Shown: positions 9,768 through 17,976 of the stretch, piece by piece
How positions within the stretch are numbered: position 1 is the first letter of the stretch
Layout of the letters: the number at the start of each line of letters is the position of its first letter
Assembly (NCBI GenBank): GCA_965216815.1
Contig: OZ244202.1
Span: forward strand, 872,963-936,962
From: Acidimicrobiales bacterium
GTDB taxonomy: Bacteria; Actinomycetota; Acidimicrobiia; Acidimicrobiales; SHLQ01
Reading direction: 5' to 3'
Length of the DNA: 64,000 bases
Translations under genes and position numbers: made by a program
The notes under the pieces: generated by a model
Databases searched by the model: none
What the model was told of the DNA's origin: nothing
What the model saw: only the letters and a program-made list of their open reading frames with translations

Positions 9768-10274
9768 TCACCGGTCGGTGCTGATTGCTGATAGTCTTTG
9801 TAGCGCTCTGTGAGCGTGTCGCTTCACGCTTCCAGTGGAGATGCCGAGGATGCCGGCTGTCTGATCAACAGAAAGGTCAAGCCAGTATCTCAGGAAGATC
9901 ACCTGCCGTTGTCTGCGAGAGAGCTGTGAGATCTCGTTTACTAGCTCGCTTTCAAATGACTCCAACGGATACCGTATGGGTTGCCTATCCGGTGAAATAG
10001 AGCCAGCATCCGGGCGTCTTCTTGCAGAGTTGAGTCGATTCGCCTTTCGAGCTTCGCCCCGGCACAGATTTGTTATCGTTACGACCAAGTATCCTCGTAG
10101 TTCGTTGTCCGTCAGGTCTTGTGGTGAAGCGAGATACGTTCGAACGAAGGCTTCATGAACGATTGCCTGTGGGCTTCCAGAAGCCCCCGCAAAATGCGCT
10201 GCGAGGCGTTCGAGTTCGGTGAGCTTCGTCCGATATATTCGCTCGTACTGATTCCATTTGTCTGTAGCACACAC
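9768..10274 (-). CDS. ECF RNA polymerase sigma factor (SigE-like)
   Basis: IVHEAFVR...YLVVTITNL region 2 and LSRRQRQVIFLRYWLDLSVDQTAGILGISTGSVK region 4; start uncertain. Confidence 0.85.
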   Translation of the reverse strand: MCATDKWNQYERIYRTKLTELERLAAHFAGASGSPQAIVHEAFVRTYLASPQDLTDNELRGYLVVTITNLCRGEARKANRLNSARRRPDAGSISPDRQPIRYPLESFESELVNEISQLSRRQRQVIFLRYWLDLSVDQTAGILGISTGSVKRHAHRALQRLSAISTDR

Positions 10275-10975
10275 GGTTAAATCAGTCTACTCAGCGGTCT
10301 TGGCCAGCCACGAGCCTTGCATTCCCTGTTCTGGGAGCTATCCGCGCCAAGGAATATTGGGCCCGAGCATAGTTGACGAGCGTCACCTACATCTATACAA
10401 CGCGTAGCCCGGGTTGCAGGTTGACACAAGGCAGGATCTTTCTCGAACCGGCGTGCCACCCCGGCACGAGTACTGCGTTCTCCGCGAGGAGTTCGCTGCC
10501 TGGCGAGTGCTGGCGCGACGTGAGGCGGTTGGCCTGCTCTGACCGGCACCCGCGGCTACAGACTCTGGACGCGCGCCAAGCGACGGTCATCGTGGCCCAA
10601 GTCCCATTGAGGCGCATGAGCACGTTTTCTCGGCGTCGGTGGGGCGTTGTCTTCGCGTCCGATTTCCGCAGCTACCCGGAGTTGCGACGAAGCATGTGCA
10701 CCAGGATGTCATACTCCGAAGGGGAGGACAGTCTGCACCGGGAGCCTCTCCGCGGTAGGAGGTGGAGAGTGCTGCCAGTAACTAGACGGTTGACGGGAGG
10801 GATGCCGCATGCGATAGCAGCGTCGCGGGGTCCGACGCGCATCGCTGACAACGGCTGATGCTCCGCTCCTTCGCAGTCGGCGGATCGAGGCGCTGCGCCA
10901 TTGATCCGCGGCTACCCCTAACGTAGGCTGCGGCTGCGAGTTCGACCAAGCAATCGGCGTCTCCAAGGGCAACCT

Positions 10976-11686
10976 GTGTCAACCTCCCAAGTCACGATAG
11001 ACGGCCGCCGCCTCACGGTTGCCGGCGCTCTGACCGGCCAGTTCTATGGAACTGCGGTGCTTCGACCTGCGGGATCTTCACCGGCACTCTCGCAGGGCCG
11101 ACAGGATCTCAACTACGGCCCTTCCTCGCTTCTGTCCGGTTCAATTCGACGAAATGAACTCCATGTGCGTGACCAAGTAGATCTCGCTATTGGCACAGTT
11201 TCGTTGCTCGAGATTCCTCCGAGCCAGTCTGCGATCGGGAACCTCCCACCTGATTCGCGGGTGGGGATCTTGGAGGGTCAATGGTTTAGCGCCTTCGCCT
11301 TCTTCTATCGGCCGCTCAACCGCCTCTCAGATGTGATCGACCACTTTCTGGCAATCGCGCCGGTTGAACATCCCGACGGGATGGTTGCGTCCGAGGGCTA
11401 CGACGTTGTCGAGCAGGCATACTCAATGGCGCTTGATGCTGGTATGGCCGTATTGACTGAGCCCCAGGGCACGCCATCGGTCTCGTACACGCAAGTACGG
11501 GCTGGCCGCGTGTGGCGCGAGGGTCACCACGTCTACCTCGAGGGGGATGAGGTGCGGCTGATGGTCACTCCCTGGGCTCACCCACAGAGCCGTGACCCCC
11601 TGTCCCATCGCACTCCGTCAAGCGACTCGCTTGACGACGTCTACATGGTACTGAGTTCGATCGAGCGGATGGCTTGGCGTGGCTGA
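10976..11686 (+). CDS. Hypothetical protein, first gene of the cargo operon
   Basis: 236-aa ORF ending 21 nt before the next gene; start uncertain. Confidence 0.6.
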   Translation: MSTSQVTIDGRRLTVAGALTGQFYGTAVLRPAGSSPALSQGRQDLNYGPSSLLSGSIRRNELHVRDQVDLAIGTVSLLEIPPSQSAIGNLPPDSRVGILEGQWFSAFAFFYRPLNRLSDVIDHFLAIAPVEHPDGMVASEGYDVVEQAYSMALDAGMAVLTEPQGTPSVSYTQVRAGRVWREGHHVYLEGDEVRLMVTPWAHPQSRDPLSHRTPSSDSLDDVYMVLSSIERMAWRG

Positions 11687-11707
11687 CCGCACAGGCAGGA
11701 AGGTGAA

Positions 11708-12301
11708 GTGATGTGGATCGCGTTTGGGGTACTTGGGCTGTGGCTACTACTGATCACGTTTGCTCTGATTGGTCACAACACGCGACAAGCCATTCTGCAA
11801 CAACAGGTCCGTGCACTTCGGACGACAAGCATCACTCCGCAGCGTCAATCGGGGTTCGTCGAGGCGACAGAGAACGAGAAGCGCTCCGATCTAGAACCCG
11901 GATCAGCTGTGCTTCTCGTCAGTGAGACGTGCCTTGGATGCAATCAGGCGATTGAATCGGCTCGTCAATACGTACTCGGTGGCAGTCCAGGCAGCTTCTC
12001 CCCACTGTATGTCCTGACACCAAATCCTGGCGACGGTCGCATCGTACGACCACTCGTGAGACTGCACGACGATGAGCTTTACCGATCGATCTATCCGGGA
12101 GCGGCACCAGCGTTGTTCGTAGTTGGTGAGGGAGGTTCGCTGACCTTAGTCCCACAGGGCTCAGAACCCCTCAACGTTCAGGACAGCCTCGACGGTGAAT
12201 TAGGTAGTCAACGGCCGGCGTCCCCGATTCAAGACGTCATCCGCAATGTCGCTTCACAGCCCGGTTCGCTTCCCAACACACAGGAGGACATAGCGAGATG
12301 A
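11708..12301 (+). CDS. Membrane-anchored thioredoxin-like protein (MauD/TlpA-like)
   Basis: N-terminal TM helix, LLVSETCLGC CxxC, AAPALFVV putative cis-Pro loop; RBS AGGAAGG. Confidence 0.7.
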   Translation: MMWIAFGVLGLWLLLITFALIGHNTRQAILQQQVRALRTTSITPQRQSGFVEATENEKRSDLEPGSAVLLVSETCLGCNQAIESARQYVLGGSPGSFSPLYVLTPNPGDGRIVRPLVRLHDDELYRSIYPGAAPALFVVGEGGSLTLVPQGSEPLNVQDSLDGELGSQRPASPIQDVIRNVASQPGSLPNTQEDIAR

Positions 12302-12822
12302 GTGACCACCTGATTCCAACATACTCGCCAACGTCGGGCGAGGCGATGCAGAAACCCAGGCGGAGTTCATCCAGCTCACGACGAGAATTCCTCGCATTGG
12401 CGACGATAGTGCTTGGCGGAATCGGCCTTGCCTTTTCAGATCTACTTACGACAGTGTTCAACCGAGTTGGAGCCTCACCGTGCACAGGCGCCGGGTGTTA
12501 TCAGAAATGGTCTACGTGCCAGAATTTCCATAGCGAAAGTCAGATTTGTTCCCCATCAAATCGGTACATGGGATCCGATCTCTGCCAAGGTAGCTGGCAC
12601 AAGGATCACCAAACAAGCTTCTGGACCAACTCTGGAATAGACTACAAGGCTCACTACGAACACTCATCGGGCGCGTGCGCCGGGCGGAACGCGTGGACCT
12701 GGAGTGAGGGCGGCACTGATACGATCTGTTCTGATGGAAGCAAGGTGCGTTGGCGCAAGGAGGGTGGTCAGTGGGTGGTCGACTATCCGCTCTCGGCCAC
12801 GATTTGCCGGACCTCGTCTTGA
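12298..12822 (+). CDS. Tat-exported Cys/Trp-rich small protein
   Basis: SRREFL twin-arginine motif, hydrophobic stretch, probable VGA|SP cleavage; mature ~115 aa with 8 Cys and 7 Trp; RBS AGGAGG. Confidence 0.8.
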   Translation: MSDHLIPTYSPTSGEAMQKPRRSSSSSRREFLALATIVLGGIGLAFSDLLTTVFNRVGASPCTGAGCYQKWSTCQNFHSESQICSPSNRYMGSDLCQGSWHKDHQTSFWTNSGIDYKAHYEHSSGACAGRNAWTWSEGGTDTICSDGSKVRWRKEGGQWVVDYPLSATICRTSS

Positions 12823-12902
12823 CGGCGGTCTACCCTGCCTCCGACGCTTCGCAGCAAATGGTGAGAGTGCTCGGACTGCCAGACCTTAAGGAGCCCTAGA
12901 TC

Positions 12903-13523
12903 TTGCATAACACTGTTCTGCTGGTGGCTGGACTCGTTGCAGGTGTCTCGCTTAGCAGCTCCCCTTGAAGTATCAATAGTTCAGCTCGACTAGTTAGTCG
13001 CGGACGACGAGTCTACTTCGGACTTGGACTGCTCCTTGGCGCTCTTACAACGGGCCTAGGTCTGTGTGCCCTTGGAGTGTTCGTCCTTCGACTTGGAGTT
13101 GATGCAGGCATCTTTGCAGTTGTCATCGTGGCCGGGCTAGGCATCGTGTCGTTCACCCGCTTCAGCGGGCGGGGGTGGTACCCACAGCGCCGACGGCAAA
13201 CGCCAAGCTGGATCACGGAAACGCACACTTCTGGTTTCGCCTATTTCGGATTCGAGATGGGTACGGGCCTACGCACATACTCACCCACGATGTTGCCGCA
13301 CTCGCTCGGCGCGATGATCCTAGCGAGCGCACGCTTGTGGCCCGCAGTGCTGGGTGCCGCCGGCTTCGCTTTGGGAAGATACGCGAGTCGGGGGGTCTTC
13401 TTACTCGGCACAGCTGATGGTGGGGTGCAGCGAGATTATCGGTTCCCCCGATACATTGAAGCAGGCCTAGTAGTCGCCAGTATGGTAGCAATCATTGTTT
13501 CGGGCTCAGTGATTGAGTCATGA
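12903..13523 (+). CDS. MauF/CcdA-like membrane protein with an in-frame UGA (12966-12968); candidate Sec/Cys recoding
   Basis: TAAGGAG 9 nt before TTG 12903; reads MHNTVLLVAGLVAGVSLSSSP*SINSSARL..., continuing in frame into ORF 13077-13523 (GFEMGTGLRTYSPT). Confidence 0.7.
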
Positions 13524-14119
13524 TTCATCCCAGAGACCTTACCTCGATGAGGATTGCTAGTCGTAGATATGGGCTTCAACCAGCTGATCGGCTCGACATC
13601 ATGGCCCGCAAGATGGCCGATGAACAAGCTTCGGTTAGACGCTTCTATGCGTCCGATGAGGAGATCAGGACAAGCGACGTCTACGACTACCTGTCCAAGT
13701 GCAGCCTTGTGCTTGCGGTGACGACAAGACGCGGTGACTTGGCGGGGGGAATCTACGTAACAAGCCGAAATACGTATACGCGACAGTGCTTTCTGTCGGT
13801 GTATGCGTTTCGTGAATATCGCAATCAACGGCTCTTCTTTGAGAGTGTCATTCTTGGCATCGACCTGCTGTTCACATCTCTTCCTCTGCAGCGCGTCCGC
13901 TTTGATGTTGCCGAATACAATCTGCACCAGTTCGCCAGCATACGACGGTTTCCGGGCGTAGATCTAGAAGGAGTTCGCAAGGATTGGAGTTTTGTCGGTG
14001 GCCAGTATTGGGACTGTCATCTGTTCTCAATCAGCGAGCTTGGGTGGAGTCGGCGGGGTGCCCATCTGGCGACGCGGCTAGCGACAAGCCGTGGTCGCTT
14101 GGTCGAGGGTCCGGAATGA
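13520..14119 (+). CDS. GNAT acetyltransferase (RimJ/RimL-like)
   Basis: LQRVRFDVAEYN...LEGVRKDWSFVGGQYWD; ATGA overlap with the upstream gene. Confidence 0.75.
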   Translation: MIHPRDLTSMRIASRRYGLQPADRLDIMARKMADEQASVRRFYASDEEIRTSDVYDYLSKCSLVLAVTTRRGDLAGGIYVTSRNTYTRQCFLSVYAFREYRNQRLFFESVILGIDLLFTSLPLQRVRFDVAEYNLHQFASIRRFPGVDLEGVRKDWSFVGGQYWDCHLFSISELGWSRRGAHLATRLATSRGRLVEGPE

Positions 14120-14165
14120 CGTCCAACGGTGGCGTGTCCAGCCGAGGTGCGCCAGCTTCGCGTTC

Positions 14166-15296
14166 TCAATCTGCCTCGCCGCGGGCAGCGGGCGAACTCC
14201 GCAGGAGTTCGTTGACTCCGGCGGCGATCTCCGTATCGCGTTCGGCTACAGCGTGTTGATAGCGGAGCGCGGCGTCGGGTGAAGCGTGACCGAGTCGCGC
14301 CATCGCCTCCTTCGTCGTCGCACCGGCGGCGGCGTTGAGGGTGCCGGCGACGTGGCGCAGATCGTGGAACGTACAGTCGACGTTGGCTTCGGCGCGGGCT
14401 TTGTTCCAAGCGCGGCGCCACACGGTCTTGGTCGGCGTGTCCCCAGAATGAGCGGCCGTGAACACCAACGCATCGGCGTCGTCGGCAACAAACTCGTCGA
14501 GATGCGCCTCCAGTTCGGTGACGAGAACGCCAGGGAGCACGACACGACGGACACCGGCGGTGGTCTTGGGTGGCTGGAAGATCAGCCCATCGGCGTTCGT
14601 TTCGACCCTCGATCGCTCGACCGACACCATCGGTGAAGCATCATCGAGGCGCAGATGCCGCCGTGCAAGTCCGAAACACTCGCCTCGGCGCAGCCCTGCC
14701 AACGCGGCGGTCAACACCATGGCGCGATATCGCGGCTCGATCACATCGGCCAACCGCGAAACATCTTCTAGCGATGGGATCTGCCGCTCAGCGCTGCGCT
14801 CCATCGCGGCTCCCTTGATCCGGCAAGGATTCTCCCGGATCAATCGGTCGTCCACCGCTGCCTGCATGATCTGACGCAACAACCGGTATGCCTTCGCCGC
14901 CGTCGTGTCACTGATCGACCCGGCTCTGATCTTCGAGTTCCATCGCCGAACCGACGCGGTGCTGATCCTGACGACAAGTACATCACCGAACGTTGGGAGC
15001 ACATGCGACTCGAGCAGATAGGCGTAGAGCTCTCTGGTCGCCGGGCGAAGCTCGGTCTTCGCTTCCAGCCACGACCGGGCGTACTCACCGAAACCAACCG
15101 AACGACCCACCGGATCCAGATCGTCGCCCCGGTGCAGGTCGGCCTCGACCGTCGCCAACCAGCGAGTCGCATCAGCCTTGCTCGTAAACGTCGTCGGGCC
15201 AGTCACCCGCTGCCTCGAAATCGGGTGCGTGTAGAGGCCCTGCCAGCGGCCCGATCGCAGCTGCCGCACACTCCCAAACGTCCGTCGGCCACCCAT
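14166..15296 (-). CDS. Tyrosine recombinase/integrase
   Basis: GLRRGE, PKT, FHDLRH, RLGH, ALRYQH catalytic residues; N-terminal FGSVRQLRSGRWQ arm-binding domain. Confidence 0.95.
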   Translation of the reverse strand: MGGRRTFGSVRQLRSGRWQGLYTHPISRQRVTGPTTFTSKADATRWLATVEADLHRGDDLDPVGRSVGFGEYARSWLEAKTELRPATRELYAYLLESHVLPTFGDVLVVRISTASVRRWNSKIRAGSISDTTAAKAYRLLRQIMQAAVDDRLIRENPCRIKGAAMERSAERQIPSLEDVSRLADVIEPRYRAMVLTAALAGLRRGECFGLARRHLRLDDASPMVSVERSRVETNADGLIFQPPKTTAGVRRVVLPGVLVTELEAHLDEFVADDADALVFTAAHSGDTPTKTVWRRAWNKARAEANVDCTFHDLRHVAGTLNAAAGATTKEAMARLGHASPDAALRYQHAVAERDTEIAAGVNELLRSSPAARGEAD

Positions 15297-15320
15297 CGAG
15301 TCGACCGTACGGCATCGTTT

Positions 15321-15343
15321 CTACGCGCGCAATACGCGCGCGG
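15321..15343. promoter_or_regulatory. Putative integrase arm-type binding site
   Basis: ctacgcgcgcaatacgcgcgcgg, counterpart of 3969-3991. Confidence 0.7.
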
Positions 15344-15425
15344 CGATAGATCGACGGCCGAAAACGGTCAAGACCGCAGGCCATTGACCCGCGGTCTCGA
15401 CTGCAATTGCAGTGATATCTGTTCG

Positions 15426-15499
15426 TGGAGCTGGCGGGAATCGAACCCGCGACCCCCTGCTTGCAAAGCAGGTGCTCTAGCCAACTGAGCTACAGCCCC
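15426..15499 (-). tRNA. tRNA-Ala (anticodon TGC)
   Basis: GGGGCTGTAGCTCAGTTGG...CCTGC-TTTGCAA-GCAGG...GGTTCGATTCC...AGCTCCA cloverleaf. Confidence 0.97.
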
Positions 15500-15547
15500 G
15501 AACGTCGGCTCACAGATTACAGGTATGGCGTCCACTCCAGGAGCGGT

Positions 15548-16429
15548 TCAGCGACAGCGCCCGATTCGGGCTATGACCGTCAGCGGAGAGCTTTCCGAAG
15601 GATCAGACTCCCAAACACCCACGACGCTGGAAACTGCAAATCTGTAGCGTCCGTTTCCTGCATTGATCTCGTGACTGTAGGCGGTCTGGTCGCCTGGCGT
15701 GGTCGCGATCTCCTGGTAGTTCGTGCCCCCTCCGGGGGGATCTACAAGCACCCTGTAGTTGGTTGCGGCCGGAATCGGATCCCAGGACAGATCGATGACG
15801 ACGCTGCCTGGTGACGCAGCGCCACAAGTCGCTTTGATTCCTGTCGGCGCAGCTACTGCTGACGTGGAGATGCTCGACTGGGCAACCGTGGTCGGGCGAG
15901 TCCATGCGCCCGAGGTAGTGGTGAACGTCGCGAACGCGACGGTGCCGACTAGCACTGCAACACCGGCTGCGGGTCTGGAGCGGACCGCAGTGGCAACGAT
16001 GGAAAGCAGCCCGATCGCCACGAGAATCGTCGTCGTCCCCCACAGCACCGGCATGCCGATGAACGGCACGACCAGCCGAGCGCGCCCGATGATGCGATCC
16101 TCACCGAGGCTGCCTGAGTCGTCGACCTTGTTGGCGTCTCCGCGCGTCTTCAGGGCACCTTCCTCAGTGGCTCCGACAACGCGGTGCACCACGGTGTCGT
16201 CGCCCGCTGTGAACGCGATGATGTCGCCCTCACCGACCGGGCTTCCCCGATCGATCAGAACGACATCGCCTGCTCGGAGGCTTGGACTCATCGAACCCGA
16301 GCTGATGACCGAAGGCTGCCACCCCGTGATGAGTGTGGGTACTGCCACCCACAGCGCCATCGCGAGGATCCAGCAACCGACGACCCAGGCGCAGAAGCGG
16401 CCTATCTCCTCGAGTCTCCAGCCACGCAT
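15548..16429 (-). CDS. SipW-type (S26B) signal peptidase with C-terminal FN3-like extension
   Basis: SGSMSP, VVHRVV, TRGDAN, DD motifs (Ser-His type); extra TMs and a beta-rich C-terminal domain. Confidence 0.85.
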   Translation of the reverse strand: MRGWRLEEIGRFCAWVVGCWILAMALWVAVPTLITGWQPSVISSGSMSPSLRAGDVVLIDRGSPVGEGDIIAFTAGDDTVVHRVVGATEEGALKTRGDANKVDDSGSLGEDRIIGRARLVVPFIGMPVLWGTTTILVAIGLLSIVATAVRSRPAAGVAVLVGTVAFATFTTTSGAWTRPTTVAQSSISTSAVAAPTGIKATCGAASPGSVVIDLSWDPIPAATNYRVLVDPPGGGTNYQEIATTPGDQTAYSHEINAGNGRYRFAVSSVVGVWESDPSESSPLTVIARIGRCR

Positions 16430-16448
16430 GGCATTTGTCCTAGGCAGG

Positions 16449-17075
16449 TCAGGACTGGACTTCCCACACGAATGCGAGATCGGTCACGCTCGAGTCCTGC
16501 ACAGCGTCGGTCGCCGTCGCCGGCAGTTCGACCTTGATGCGGTAGACCCTCGACTCCGGGGTTGCGCTGGGATTCCAGTTGCCGAGGCCGGTCGCATAGT
16601 CGGTTGCTGCGGCGTCGAACCCGCTCAGGACATCGTTGTAGAGCCTGCGCTGACGGTCGAAGCCGGTGCAGTCGGTGAAGTCGCCACCTGATGTGGCGCT
16701 GCCCTGGTCGATCGTGACCAGAAGCTCGTCGCCGAGCGTTCCGGAATCGGTGTAGCCACCCGAATACATCTTGACCAGGTCGGGATCGGCGATCGAACCC
16801 TGGTATGTGACCTTGATGCAGCGAGTAACCGAATCGCCGGGTGCCATGTCAGTCACGGCGAAGGCGGCGACGCCGCTGTCATCGTCGGCTAGCTCAACGT
16901 TGCCGGTTGCAACCGAGTTGCCGGAGTTGTCGGTCGTGTCGGTGAACGCTGCCCGTGACGTGCTCAAGACCGCAACGCCCGAAAGGACGAAGGCGATGAT
17001 CACTGCGTAGGCCACGGGGATGCGCCGCCGTTTGACCGAATGTTGTGGTTCGTAACGCTTGAGTGGGTGAGTCAT
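16449..17075 (-). CDS. TasA/CalY-like SipW-dependent secreted protein
   Basis: Signal peptide ending TSRAAFTDT, then N-x-V-A-T-G-N-V-E-L and MAPGDS; adjacent to the sipW-like gene. Confidence 0.8.
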   Translation of the reverse strand: MTHPLKRYEPQHSVKRRRIPVAYAVIIAFVLSGVAVLSTSRAAFTDTTDNSGNSVATGNVELADDDSGVAAFAVTDMAPGDSVTRCIKVTYQGSIADPDLVKMYSGGYTDSGTLGDELLVTIDQGSATSGGDFTDCTGFDRQRRLYNDVLSGFDAAATDYATGLGNWNPSATPESRVYRIKVELPATATDAVQDSSVTDLAFVWEVQS

Positions 17076-17169
17076 AGTGCTTACTTCGGCGCGCTAACGC
17101 GCAGAGTGAGCAAAGCTCCAAGATTTCTCCTGAGGCCCGAACAAATTGCGTAGAGCCGACGGCCAACCT

Positions 17170-17952
17170 TCAGCCGTGCGCAGCTCGGTTCACGTGGGAG
17201 ATGACGTGGTCGGTCCAGGTGCCGACGTCAGCGAGCTGGTCTGCCACCACAAGTGTGGAGTTGGGGATGAGCTCGTCGAGGCGTTGCGCGGTCGACAACG
17301 GGTGGCCGGGGTCGGTGTCCCAGGCCAATATCAGCGTCGGAATGCCGATCGTCGATACGGCGATCGGTTCGGGTAGGTCGCTGTCGGCGGCGCCGCGCAA
17401 CACCGACGGCAACAACTCGGGCGCCACCGCAGGCACGAACCGGTAGACGTCCTCGAGCCCCGTGAGGATTTCTGGGATCGGGGCTTCGTCGATCAGCGCG
17501 ACGTAAGCGTCGAAGCCCTCGGCCTCGATCAGGTCGGCACCGGCTCGATAGAGGTCACCTTGCCCGGCGCGAGTTTCGTATCCGGTCGGTGGCAGGGCGA
17601 GGATGAGCCCGTCGACTCGGTCCGCCTCGTCGACTGCGACGTGCAGGGCTGTGGCTGCGCCCATCGACACGCCTCCCAGGACGAAGGTCTCGATATCGAG
17701 AGCGTCGGCGAGCGCCACGACGTCGTGGCCCATCCGGTCCCAACGGTAGATGTCGGGAATCGGCTCACCGTCGGAGTCGCCATGGCCTCGGGCGTCCCAT
17801 CGGACTACACGGAACCGTTCGGCCATTCGGTCCCAGTCGAACATCGCCGCCGACGCGTCTGTCATCGATGAGGTCAAGCCGTGACCCCATAGCAGCGCAG
17901 CGCCTTGGCCACGATCGTCGACCGCCAGCCCGTGTACCCGTCGAAGCGCCAT
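17170..17952 (-). CDS. Alpha/beta hydrolase
   Basis: HGL, DARGHGDS, GVSMG nucleophile elbow, DPGHP. Confidence 0.9.
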   Translation of the reverse strand: MALRRVHGLAVDDRGQGAALLWGHGLTSSMTDASAAMFDWDRMAERFRVVRWDARGHGDSDGEPIPDIYRWDRMGHDVVALADALDIETFVLGGVSMGAATALHVAVDEADRVDGLILALPPTGYETRAGQGDLYRAGADLIEAEGFDAYVALIDEAPIPEILTGLEDVYRFVPAVAPELLPSVLRGAADSDLPEPIAVSTIGIPTLILAWDTDPGHPLSTAQRLDELIPNSTLVVADQLADVGTWTDHVISHVNRAAHG

Positions 17953-17976
17953 GTCCGGACGCTACCCGAGCCGCGA

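Larger units (their letters stand above)
3820..15470. mobile_element. Integrative mobilizable element (~11.6 kb) inserted in tRNA-Ala(TGC)
   Basis: Identical 46-bp direct repeats at both ends; integrase next to the tRNA; excisionase, MobF relaxase and TA module; cargo visibly more AT-rich than the backbone; no T4SS or coupling protein genes. Confidence 0.93.

Noticed and set aside
10802-10975. A second readthrough case: ATG 10802 with a good SD is in frame with ORF 10976
   Set aside because: It would need to pass both a TGA and a TAA, and the intervening peptide looks non-coding; a short leader peptide cannot be excluded
13077-13523. The 148-aa ORF as the complete gene
   Set aside because: It starts inside a hydrophobic helix without an RBS; the frame extends upstream to the UGA and to a strong RBS at 12903
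3820-15470. Prophage or self-transmissible ICE
   Set aside because: No capsid, terminase, tail, T4SS, coupling protein or FtsK/TraB gene
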